Assembly (NCBI GenBank): GCA_943359335.1
Contig: CALRHC010000001.1
Coordinates: forward strand, 22,466-86,465
DNA length: 64,000 nucleotides
Reading direction: 5' to 3'
Source of the DNA: Candidatus Yanofskybacteria bacterium
GTDB taxonomy: Bacteria; Patescibacteriota; Minisyncoccia; JACQLN01
Every line of letters begins with the position of its first letter. The stretch's first letter is position 1. A model generated the notes under the pieces. That model did no database searches. It was not told the origin of the DNA and saw only the letters and a program-made list of their open reading frames with translations. Made by a program: the position numbers and the translations under genes. Below, piece after piece: positions 36,498-43,992 of the stretch.

Positions 36498-36959
36498 CTA
36501 CTTAAGTAATTCTTCTAATTTTTTATCAACTTCTTCTGTATTCATTTCTACAACTTCTGGTTTTTGTTCAACTACAGGAGCGGTCTCGAAAACAGGAGCA
36601 GGTTTTCTTTCTGTTCTATATTGGCGAGGTTCAAATACAGGTAACGATTTTGTCTTCTTTAACATTTTTTCTGTCTTGGCAATAAGCATATAGCGCAAAA
36701 CATTTTCGCCGTGGCGTAATTGAGTTTCAACTTCTTTAGGAAAGATAGCTTCTTCTCCACCAGAAAGTTCTAAATCTACAGTGTTACCCTGCATAGAATG
36801 TTTAATAGGGTATGGTAAATATTCTCCTAATTTTATTTTAGAGTATGTGATCCCAAAACCACTTTTTGCTAAAGTATCGGTTGTTTCGGAAACAAATTTA
36901 TTAACGCCTTCTTCGTTTAAAGTTGGCTTTAAAACAATATATAGTTCGTACAATCTCAT
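36498..36959 (-). CDS. rpsF: 30S ribosomal protein S6
   Basis: MRLYELYIVLKPTLNEE...; start moved to the internal Met (36959) because S6 begins MR.YE..; rpsF-ssb-rpsR order conserved. Confidence 0.85.
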   Translation of the reverse strand: MRLYELYIVLKPTLNEEGVNKFVSETTDTLAKSGFGITYSKIKLGEYLPYPIKHSMQGNTVDLELSGGEEAIFPKEVETQLRHGENVLRYMLIAKTEKMLKKTKSLPVFEPRQYRTERKPAPVFETAPVVEQKPEVVEMNTEEVDKKLEELLK

Positions 36960-37124
36960 AGACCCGAGTTTATCAGGTTTTACTTGCCAAAACAAGAGGT
37001 TTAGGTTGACTATTGACAATACCTTTAATATAGACTATACTATAACCATAGTTCATTTTTTATAAAATAGGCGGCGACGGCCTATGACGGTCGCTATTTA
37101 AATGTTTTTCAATGGGAGGTTCCT

Positions 37125-37946
37125 ATGAGTTCTTCGAGGCAGTTGGTTGAGAGGTTGGAGAAGGCGGAAGTTCAAAGAAACACCCGTCTCAATCCGATGA
37201 CGGTCATCGGGAAAGAAGAGATCATGCTCCGGTGGAGCAAACAGCAGATCGCGATCCTTATCCCTGGGGACAAGATCATGACTGACCTCTACGAAGAGGC
37301 TCTGGAAGCTGATCCCTGCATGGTGCTCCGCGACGGCGATTCGTTCGAGTACGAGGGTGTCGACGAACACGGACGAAAAATAAAGTACTGGGTGACCTGC
37401 TACCTAAACGAACATGGCTTGGCTCGTTACAGCCGTGACGACGAGACCAAGAAAAACACTCGAGAGAGGTACCAGACAGAGGCTGCAGAGATCGCCAAGC
37501 TGAAGGACACCTATGGTTTCGATGGTGTCGCCATCAACAAGTTGAGAGCGGCATCCCGAGTAGGGCTTCTGCTTTCCCCTGTGGTTTGGCTCGAGAATGC
37601 TTTGAAGATGCAGGGTGAGGCAGATGTGGTGAGGAATCTTCTCGCAACTCTCTTCAAGGGTGCTGAGAATTTTCCGGAGAAAGAATTCCGGAGCATCCTG
37701 AATCACATCGGCTTCGAACCCCCCGTTGAAACTGGCAGGGACTTTGTCTCCGTATGCTTCGGGGTGAGGGCTTTGCTGGTGAACATCGACTTTGGCAAGA
37801 AGGTTGTTGAGCCCGAGACCAATGGTCACGCGAAGATCAACGGCAACGGTTACCACAATCCCTCCGAAGACGGGCCTGCCATCGGTCCAGAACACGCCAA
37901 ACGGGCGGCTGGCATCAGCGAAACGTTCGCGCCGGTCGTCCAGTAA
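37125..37946 (+). CDS. hypothetical protein (273 aa) in a GC-rich (about 55%) laterally acquired insert; own SD GGGAGG and terminator
   Basis: Sharp compositional break versus flanking about 34% GC; many antisense ORFs typical of high-GC coding DNA; no motif recognised. Confidence 0.55.
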   Translation: MSSSRQLVERLEKAEVQRNTRLNPMTVIGKEEIMLRWSKQQIAILIPGDKIMTDLYEEALEADPCMVLRDGDSFEYEGVDEHGRKIKYWVTCYLNEHGLARYSRDDETKKNTRERYQTEAAEIAKLKDTYGFDGVAINKLRAASRVGLLLSPVVWLENALKMQGEADVVRNLLATLFKGAENFPEKEFRSILNHIGFEPPVETGRDFVSVCFGVRALLVNIDFGKKVVEPETNGHAKINGNGYHNPSEDGPAIGPEHAKRAAGISETFAPVVQ

Positions 37947-37970
37947 TAGCTACAAGTAAGCAGTACCTTA

Positions 37971-38000
37971 AGAGGTTCCTAAACAGGAACCTCTTTTTTA
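37971..38000 (+). terminator. intrinsic terminator AGAGGTTCCT-AAAC-AGGAACCTCT + TTTTTTA
   Basis: Perfect 10-bp stem and T-run 25 nt after the stop. Confidence 0.8.
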
Positions 38001-38033
38001 TTTTTGCTTACTGATACATAATGCAAATATAAT

Positions 38034-39785
38034 ATGAATTCTCAAGTAGAAGATATTAAAAATCGCTTAGATATCGCCGAAGTTATTCAGGGCTATTTAA
38101 AATTGCAAAAAGCTGGTGCCAACTGGAAAGGCTCGTGCCCGTTTCATCACGAAAAGACCCCTTCTTTTGTGGTAACACCTGCTAGGCAAATTTGGCATTG
38201 TTTTGGTTGTGGTGAAGGTGGTGATGTTTTTTCGTTTGTGCAAAAAATGGAGGGTTTGGAATTTTATGATGTTTTAAAAATGTTGGCCGAAAAAGCTGGA
38301 GTTAAATTAATAAAACGCGACCAAGATGTAGAGTTGGGTTCGCAGAGAAAAAGAATTTACGAAATTTCGGAACTTGCTACAAAATTTTTTGAACGCCAGT
38401 TGTTATCAAAGCAGGGTCAGCTAGCTGGAGAATATTTAAAAGATAGAGGTGTAACCAAAGAATCTTTAATTAGTTTTAGAATTGGTTGGGCACCCGATAC
38501 TTGGCAATCATTGCATAACTTTTTAAGTAGTGAGGGTTATACCGATGATGAAATAGATAAATCGGGACTTGCAGTAAAAAGCGAAACAACGGGCGAATAT
38601 CACGATAGGTTTAGACACAGAATAATGTTTCCCATAGCCGATAGCCAAGGGCAGGTGATTGGTTTTACCGGAAGAATTTTTGAAAAAGTAAAAGGTAAAA
38701 CTGTGCACGAAGATGCGGGAAAATATGTTAATACTCCAAGTACAATTTTATACGATAAATCGCAGGCACTTTATGGTTTAGATAAATCTAGAACATATAT
38801 TAGAAACGAGGGCTGTATTTTGCTGGAAGGTACAATGGATGTTTTAATGTCGCACCAAGCTGGTGTAAAAAATGTTGCGGCAACTTGTGGTACGGCTTTT
38901 GGTGTGGGGCATGCCAGAATAATTAAAAGATACACAGAAAAATTAATGCTAGCGTTTGATGCCGATGATGCAGGAGATTCTGCTTTAAAAAAAGGTGTGA
39001 ACATGGCAATTGCTTCGGGGCTTAATGTTTCGGTAATTTCTATTCCCTCGGGTAAAGATACGGCGGACGCTGTAAAAGAAGATCCAAAACTTTGGAGCGA
39101 GTCGGTTTCAAAACCCGTGCCATACTTAGCTCATATTATAAATAGATCGCTAAAAGATTTTTCTGGAACATTGGAATCTAAAAAGAATGTTTTAGTAAAT
39201 GTTTTGCCGTTTATAAAAAGTATTGTTTCTCCGTTAGATAAAGATTATTGGTTAGAAGAACTTTCGCATAGAGTTGGTGTAGCAAGGGATGTTTTAAATT
39301 TGGAATTAAAACAATTACCTGTTCAGGATTTTAACTCCACATTACAGGCTCCCAGTATACTTTCTTCTAAGGTTATTGCTTCTCCAAAAGATTTGCCGGG
39401 TTTACGTCAAGAAGAGTATCTGCTATCTTTACTATTAAGATATCCAGACTTAAAAGGCCGCCTTGGCAATGAGGAGCTAGAATTATTCTCCCAGCCAAAC
39501 TTATTTTCGCTGGCCCAAAGTCTACTGGCAAATGACGGAACCAAAATTCCGGATTCGGCTGATTCTCGCTTGATTGCTATGAGCGAACTAATAGCCGATT
39601 TTAATATTGATCCGGAAGACGAATTTGCTAGAACTCTTGTTAGTTTAAAAAAACAAAGTTTGCAGTCTAAGCTTAAAGTTATTCAAGCCGATATTAAAAA
39701 AGCTGAAGCCGATGGCGACAGCCAAGCTTTGAATCTTTTGCTTAAGGAATTTGGCGAACTTTCTCAAAAATTATTAAATATATAA
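38034..39785 (+). CDS. dnaG: DNA primase
   Basis: Zinc-binding CPFHHEKTPSF..WHCFGCGEGGDV, TOPRIM domain (EGTMDV, LAFDADDAG). Confidence 0.9.
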   Translation: MNSQVEDIKNRLDIAEVIQGYLKLQKAGANWKGSCPFHHEKTPSFVVTPARQIWHCFGCGEGGDVFSFVQKMEGLEFYDVLKMLAEKAGVKLIKRDQDVELGSQRKRIYEISELATKFFERQLLSKQGQLAGEYLKDRGVTKESLISFRIGWAPDTWQSLHNFLSSEGYTDDEIDKSGLAVKSETTGEYHDRFRHRIMFPIADSQGQVIGFTGRIFEKVKGKTVHEDAGKYVNTPSTILYDKSQALYGLDKSRTYIRNEGCILLEGTMDVLMSHQAGVKNVAATCGTAFGVGHARIIKRYTEKLMLAFDADDAGDSALKKGVNMAIASGLNVSVISIPSGKDTADAVKEDPKLWSESVSKPVPYLAHIINRSLKDFSGTLESKKNVLVNVLPFIKSIVSPLDKDYWLEELSHRVGVARDVLNLELKQLPVQDFNSTLQAPSILSSKVIASPKDLPGLRQEEYLLSLLLRYPDLKGRLGNEELELFSQPNLFSLAQSLLANDGTKIPDSADSRLIAMSELIADFNIDPEDEFARTLVSLKKQSLQSKLKVIQADIKKAEADGDSQALNLLLKEFGELSQKLLNI

Positions 39786-39786
39786 A

Positions 39787-39909
39787 ATAAAATATCGTTC
39801 TTCGTAGACGATATGGAGCCTCTTTATTGTATCAAAAGTCTTCCTGCCTACGGCAGGTAAACTCCATACCTGCCCGCCTCTGGCGGGATGCTACTCAGAA
39901 CGATATTTT
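39787..39909 (+). ncRNA. structured RNA-like element E2 in the dnaG-rpoD spacer, homolog of E1 (24517..24604); strand inferred
   Basis: Perfect 13-bp terminal helix AAAATATCGTTCT/AGAACGATATTTT; inner helix ATGGAG/CTCCAT; extra hairpins CCTGCC-TAC-GGCAGG and CCCGCC-TCT-GGCGGG; joining strands TCGTAGACGAT and GATGCTACTC; begins 2 nt after the dnaG stop. Confidence 0.5.
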
Positions 39910-39924
39910 CTCGTAAATTTTTCT

Positions 39925-41103
39925 ATGCCAAAAAAGAAAAAGATAAAAAAAATAAAGAAATCTAAACCAAAAAAGGTTTCTAAAAAAACCTCTAAAGTTA
40001 AAAAGGCTAAGCCAAGCCATAAAGCTAAAACTCCGGTTGTTACCGAAGAAAAATTAGCCGATTTAGTTAGACGTGGTAAAAGCAGGGGTTTTATTACTGA
40101 ATCAGAAATTATTCAAACTTTTCCAAATATCGAACAAGATATTTCTGGTTTGGAGTATTTGTATACTCACTTAGAATCTATAAATATAAAAATAATTAGT
40201 GCGCAGGAGAGACTTAAAACTTTAGAACCTGGCAAAGAAAAAACAAAGAAATCGGATCATGTGGGTTTAGGACCTTTGTTTGATTCTGTTCAAATATATT
40301 TACGCGAAATTGGCAGAGTGCCGCTTTTGCGTGGTCCAGAAGAAGTTGAACTTGCTAAAAGAATAGAAAAAGGTGATGCGGAAGCTAGGCAAAAACTAAC
40401 CCAAGCAAATTTGCGTTTGGTGGTTTCGATTGCTAAAAAATATGTTGGTAGAAGTTCGCATTTAACACTGCTCGATTTAATTCAAGAAGGAAATATTGGT
40501 TTAACCAAAGCCGTAGAAAAATTTGATTACACCAAAGGTTATAAATTTTCTACTTATGCCACTTGGTGGATTCGCCAAGCAGTAACTCGCGCTTTAGCCG
40601 ACCAAGCCAGAACAATTCGTATTCCGGTACACATGGTGGAAACGATTTCTAAATACACACAGGTAAAAAGGAGATTGCTTCAAGATCTTGGCCGAGAACC
40701 TTTAGCCGAAGAAATTGCTCAAGAAATGGATATGGATGTAACCAAAGTTAGGCACATTCAAAAAATTACACAAGAAGCAGTATCGTTAGAATCTCCAGTG
40801 GGCGATAGTGACGAAGACAGTACACTTGGCGAACTTATAGAAGACGAAAAAACTTTATTGCCTTCGCAAGTAGCGGCTCAACAATTATTACGCGATCAAA
40901 TTAAAATGATAATAGACGATCTTTCGCCACGCGAACAAAAAATATTGCAGATGCGTTTTGGTTTGGAAGATGGCGCCACACACACTTTAGAAGAAGTGGG
41001 TAAAGAGTTTGGTGTAACTCGCGAACGTATTAGGCAGATCGAAGCCAAAGCTTTAGACAAAATACGTGGCCACGAGAGGATTCATAAATTGAGGGAGTAT
41101 TAA
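39925..41103 (+). CDS. rpoD: primary RNA polymerase sigma factor RpoD (Lys-rich N-terminus replacing region 1.1)
   Basis: Region 1.2 [12 protein letters not shown], 2.x [34 protein letters not shown], 3.0 [13 protein letters not shown], 4.2 [24 protein letters not shown]; dnaG-rpoD synteny. Confidence 0.9.
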   Translation: MPKKKKIKKIKKSKPKKVSKKTSKVKKAKPSHKAKTPVVTEEKLADLVRRGKSRGFITESEIIQTFPNIEQDISGLEYLYTHLESINIKIISAQERLKTLEPGKEKTKKSDHVGLGPLFDSVQIYLREIGRVPLLRGPEEVELAKRIEKGDAEARQKLTQANLRLVVSIAKKYVGRSSHLTLLDLIQEGNIGLTKAVEKFDYTKGYKFSTYATWWIRQAVTRALADQARTIRIPVHMVETISKYTQVKRRLLQDLGREPLAEEIAQEMDMDVTKVRHIQKITQEAVSLESPVGDSDEDSTLGELIEDEKTLLPSQVAAQQLLRDQIKMIIDDLSPREQKILQMRFGLEDGATHTLEEVGKEFGVTRERIRQIEAKALDKIRGHERIHKLREY

Positions 41104-41112
41104 TTTTGTATA

Positions 41113-41148
41113 AAAAAAATCCACGCACTGTTTTTGGTGCGTGGAGTG
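41113..41148. terminator. bidirectional terminator ATCCACGCAC-TGTTTTTG-GTGCGTGGA between rpoD and the convergent helicase
   Basis: 9-bp stem with A-run/T-run. Confidence 0.65.
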
Positions 41149-41163
41149 AAGGCAAGGTATTAT

Positions 41164-43254
41164 TTACTCTTTGCCAAGGAATTTTTTCCAGCCAGGGAAA
41201 TCCTTATAGAAATAATATGGATTACCCGGAAGTTTTGGATCATTTCTATATGATCTTGTATACATAGGTCCTGAGATGATGTTCAGCTTTATCGCCGCTC
41301 TAGAAGCTTCTTTCCATGTTTTGTACTTAATGGATCCACCCAAGAATATAATCCAGCCAGGGAAATCTTTATAAGTCTCATCCGGATTACTTGGGAGTCT
41401 CTCATCTTTTTTGTAGTATCTTTGATACTTGGGTCCAGATGTGATGCCTAGAGATATGGCCGCTACTCCTGCCTCTTGCCAAGTCGGATATCTAACAGTT
41501 CTGTCTAAGAATACTGACCATCCCGGAAAGTTTTGGTAAGTAATTCTAGGTATTGATGGTAGCTTTCTATCTTTTTTATATTCTCCACTTTTATAACCAG
41601 ATGATGTTTTGATGCTCAACTTTACCGCCGCTCTAGAAGCTTCTTGCCAAGTTGGGTAAAAAATATTTTGTAAGAATTCTCCATATCCAGGAAAATCAGG
41701 ATAGGTACTGTTTGGATTTGATGGTAGCCTAGGGTCTTCCTTGTATCTCTCGTTCTTCTTGTAGTCTGTCGTATCTCTAATACCCAACTTTATCGCCGCT
41801 CTAGAAGCTTCTTGCCATGTCGGATACACATTTTCAGCAGTACGCTTGGGACCGCCCTTTCCTAAAAAAACATTCCAACTAGGAAAGTTTTTATAGGTAT
41901 ATGATGGATCTGGTGGTAACTTGTTATCTTTGCGATACATCTCTCGGTATTCGGATACTTTTTTAAGACCAAGTTTTTGTGTGGCTTGTGACGCTTCTTC
42001 CCATGTAGTATAGAATTCTCTTTCGCAATGATCTAGAACTTTCATTAAATCCACTACCTCATCAGAGAAAGTGAACTCAAATCCCTTTCCAGACACTTCA
42101 AACTTTTGTCTAGTATAACCTTCATGTTCTATCTCTTTTTTAGAAGTGTATTCTTCGTGAAGATTGGAAATTTTGTTCATCATCTCAAGTACTAGCTGAA
42201 TACGCTCAAGATTTCCCACAAAGTCTAGAACTATGAGCTTATCTTTTCCAGGACGAAGTCCGCGGCCAAGTTGTTGCCGAAAGACAGTCAAAACTCCAGT
42301 AACTCGGCAGAATGCAACCAATCCAACAGATGGAACATTAACTCCTTCGTTGAAAGCATTTACTGCACATACCCTGCGAACCGTTCCGTTATGCAAAGCT
42401 CCGAGAACTTTTTGGTTCTTACTCCAAGAGTCGTTCTTGTCTTTGCCTTTGCGTGAATGAAATGTTTCTGAAAGTTCAAGTGATTTACTGAGTCTTTCAG
42501 CGTGGGTAATTGAGTCGCAAAATACAACTGCTTTTTCAAGATAACCATTTATGATTCTCGTGATTTCTTCGTCACGTTTCCTTATAAAGATTCGGCGGTT
42601 AACTTCTGCCATGGTAAAACGTTTCTTGCCTTCATGGATTTCAGCTGTAATTTCTTGAAGTACTTTATCGTCCAAACTCTGGTCGGTAATAACGTGATAC
42701 TCAATTCTAGGAAGCCAACTACGGGCAATAGCTTCTTCTAGAGTTATGTTAATCACTTCGGGACCAAAGATGCTACGAATGTCTGCTCCATCTTCGCGGT
42801 CAGGTGTAGCAGTAAGACCGAGCTTAGCTCCGGTGAAGTAATTAGTTACTGGTCGATACGTTTCAGCTTCCGAGTGATGGGCTTCGTCTACGATGATCAA
42901 ACCAAAATGATTTCGTGACCATTGTTTAAGATTGTTTCTCATGGTCTGCCAAGTGGCAAAAACAATATCTCCTTCTTTTGCTCCGTTCTTTGACATGCCA
43001 TTATATATAACCATTCTAGTTTTTCTTTCATCAAAAACTAGGCCGAATTCATCAAGGGCGTGTTTCAGAATATGGTTGTTATGAACCAAAAACAAGGTTT
43101 TTTTGGGACGAAATTTCTTTGTAACAAATATAGCTGTTAGGGTTTTGCCCAAACCAGTAGCCATTACAACCAATGCTCTTTTAGAGTGACTACGTAATTC
43201 TTTCAGAGCGGCTTTAGTGGCTAGCTCTTGGTAAACACGAGGTTCTATCTTCAA
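41164..43254 (-). CDS. SF2 DEAD/DEAH-box (ResIII-type) helicase with five C-terminal tandem repeats of about 55 aa
   Basis: Walker A MATGLGKT, DEAH box IVDEAHH, helicase-C QQLGRGLR; repeats YPTWQEASRAAIKLGI...YK.D.RLPSNP..TY.DFPGW..FLG x5; GC about 41%. Confidence 0.65.
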   Translation of the reverse strand: MKIEPRVYQELATKAALKELRSHSKRALVVMATGLGKTLTAIFVTKKFRPKKTLFLVHNNHILKHALDEFGLVFDERKTRMVIYNGMSKNGAKEGDIVFATWQTMRNNLKQWSRNHFGLIIVDEAHHSEAETYRPVTNYFTGAKLGLTATPDREDGADIRSIFGPEVINITLEEAIARSWLPRIEYHVITDQSLDDKVLQEITAEIHEGKKRFTMAEVNRRIFIRKRDEEITRIINGYLEKAVVFCDSITHAERLSKSLELSETFHSRKGKDKNDSWSKNQKVLGALHNGTVRRVCAVNAFNEGVNVPSVGLVAFCRVTGVLTVFRQQLGRGLRPGKDKLIVLDFVGNLERIQLVLEMMNKISNLHEEYTSKKEIEHEGYTRQKFEVSGKGFEFTFSDEVVDLMKVLDHCEREFYTTWEEASQATQKLGLKKVSEYREMYRKDNKLPPDPSYTYKNFPSWNVFLGKGGPKRTAENVYPTWQEASRAAIKLGIRDTTDYKKNERYKEDPRLPSNPNSTYPDFPGYGEFLQNIFYPTWQEASRAAVKLSIKTSSGYKSGEYKKDRKLPSIPRITYQNFPGWSVFLDRTVRYPTWQEAGVAAISLGITSGPKYQRYYKKDERLPSNPDETYKDFPGWIIFLGGSIKYKTWKEASRAAIKLNIISGPMYTRSYRNDPKLPGNPYYFYKDFPGWKKFLGKE

Positions 43255-43364
43255 TTTAGACCACCTTTCTTTTCGGTAGGTATTTAATTTTTAAGGATCA
43301 AAAAGCATTTTATGCTTTGGCAACGATTATAACAATAATTATAGTTTTGTCAAGATTTTATTAG

Positions 43365-43415
43365 CTTTCTTAGTTCGCAATCTTTTTCGCCGCAGAATTT
43401 GTTCCAAAACCTTAA
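43365..43415. repeat. direct repeat DR1: degenerate copy of the last about 22 codons of the 43993..46866 gene
   Basis: CTTTCTTAGTTCGCAATCTTTTTCGCCGCAGAATTTGTTCCAAAACCTTAA matches 44006..44065 (about 85% identity, 9-nt deletion); minus-strand translation gives LRFWNKFCGEKDCELRKLIKS* versus LKFWNKFCGEKDCEYCELRKLIS*. Confidence 0.7.
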
Positions 43416-43441
43416 GTTTCACTGTTACTGTGGATAGAGTG

Positions 43442-43470
43442 TTGACTTCGCTTAAGTGTGTGAGTATAAT
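43442..43470 (+). promoter_or_regulatory. sigma-70 promoter TTGACT-17-TATAAT for the toxin-antitoxin cassette
   Basis: Consensus hexamers 40 nt upstream of 43510. Confidence 0.6.
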
Positions 43471-43509
43471 TGTAACATAATTTGTTACAATTAATTTTTT
43501 AATAAAAAC

Positions 43510-43725
43510 ATGCGTAATATAGTTAATATATCTTTACCTAAAGAGATGGTTCAAGCAGTAGAAGAAAGTATGAAGAAGAATAATTTTGCTACCAAAAGCG
43601 AATTTTTTAGGGCTATTTTGAGAACTTGGTTGGAAGATAAATTAGCTAAAGAACTAGAGGAGAGTAGAAAAGAATTACAGCAAGGTAAGGGTAAAATTTT
43701 AAAATCTCTTAAAACTCTTAGGTAA
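43510..43725 (+). CDS. ribbon-helix-helix (CopG/ParD-like) antitoxin
   Basis: 71 aa; ISLPKEMVQAVEESMKKNNFATKSEFFRAILRTWL is a RHH motif; directly upstream of a RelE/ParE-like ORF. Confidence 0.65.
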   Translation: MRNIVNISLPKEMVQAVEESMKKNNFATKSEFFRAILRTWLEDKLAKELEESRKELQQGKGKILKSLKTLR

Positions 43726-43734
43726 ACTTACCCA

Positions 43735-43992
43735 ATGCAGATTTACTATTCCACCAAGTTTAAGAGGGAATATAAAAAACTGCCAAAACAAGTAAAACTT
43801 TTAGCGGAAGAAAAAGAACAAATTTTCAGAAAAGATCTTTTTGATAAAAGGCTAGATACTCATAAATTACACGGTAAGCTAAAAGAATATTGGGCTTTTA
43901 GTATAGATGGTAAAAATAGAATAGTTTTTGAGTTTGCCAAGAAAAATGCTATTTGGTTTCATTCAGTTGGCGATCATTCTATTTATTATTAA
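43735..43992 (+). CDS. RelE/ParE-family type II toxin
   Basis: 85 aa; YSTKFKREYKKLPKQVK..L..HKLHGKLKEYWAFSIDGKNRIVFEF.....I.FHSVGDH fits the RelE/ParE fold signature. Confidence 0.65.
   Translation: MQIYYSTKFKREYKKLPKQVKLLAEEKEQIFRKDLFDKRLDTHKLHGKLKEYWAFSIDGKNRIVFEFAKKNAIWFHSVGDHSIYY

Noticed and set aside
36960-37019. N-terminal 20-aa extension of S6 (ORF-track start 37019)
   Set aside because: S6 proteins begin MR.YE; the internal Met at 36959 gives the canonical N-terminus and leaves room for a promoter.
37098-37895. Antisense ORFs 37098..37370 and 37404..37895 inside the GC-rich gene
   Set aside because: They are a typical by-product of high-GC coding sequence; the sense ORF has the SD, start and terminator.
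41280-41830. Nucleotide direct repeats (GCCGCTCTAGAAGCTTCTTGCCA x4) as a non-coding repeat array
   Set aside because: They lie inside the helicase CDS and simply encode the five tandem protein repeats (YPTWQEASRAA...).
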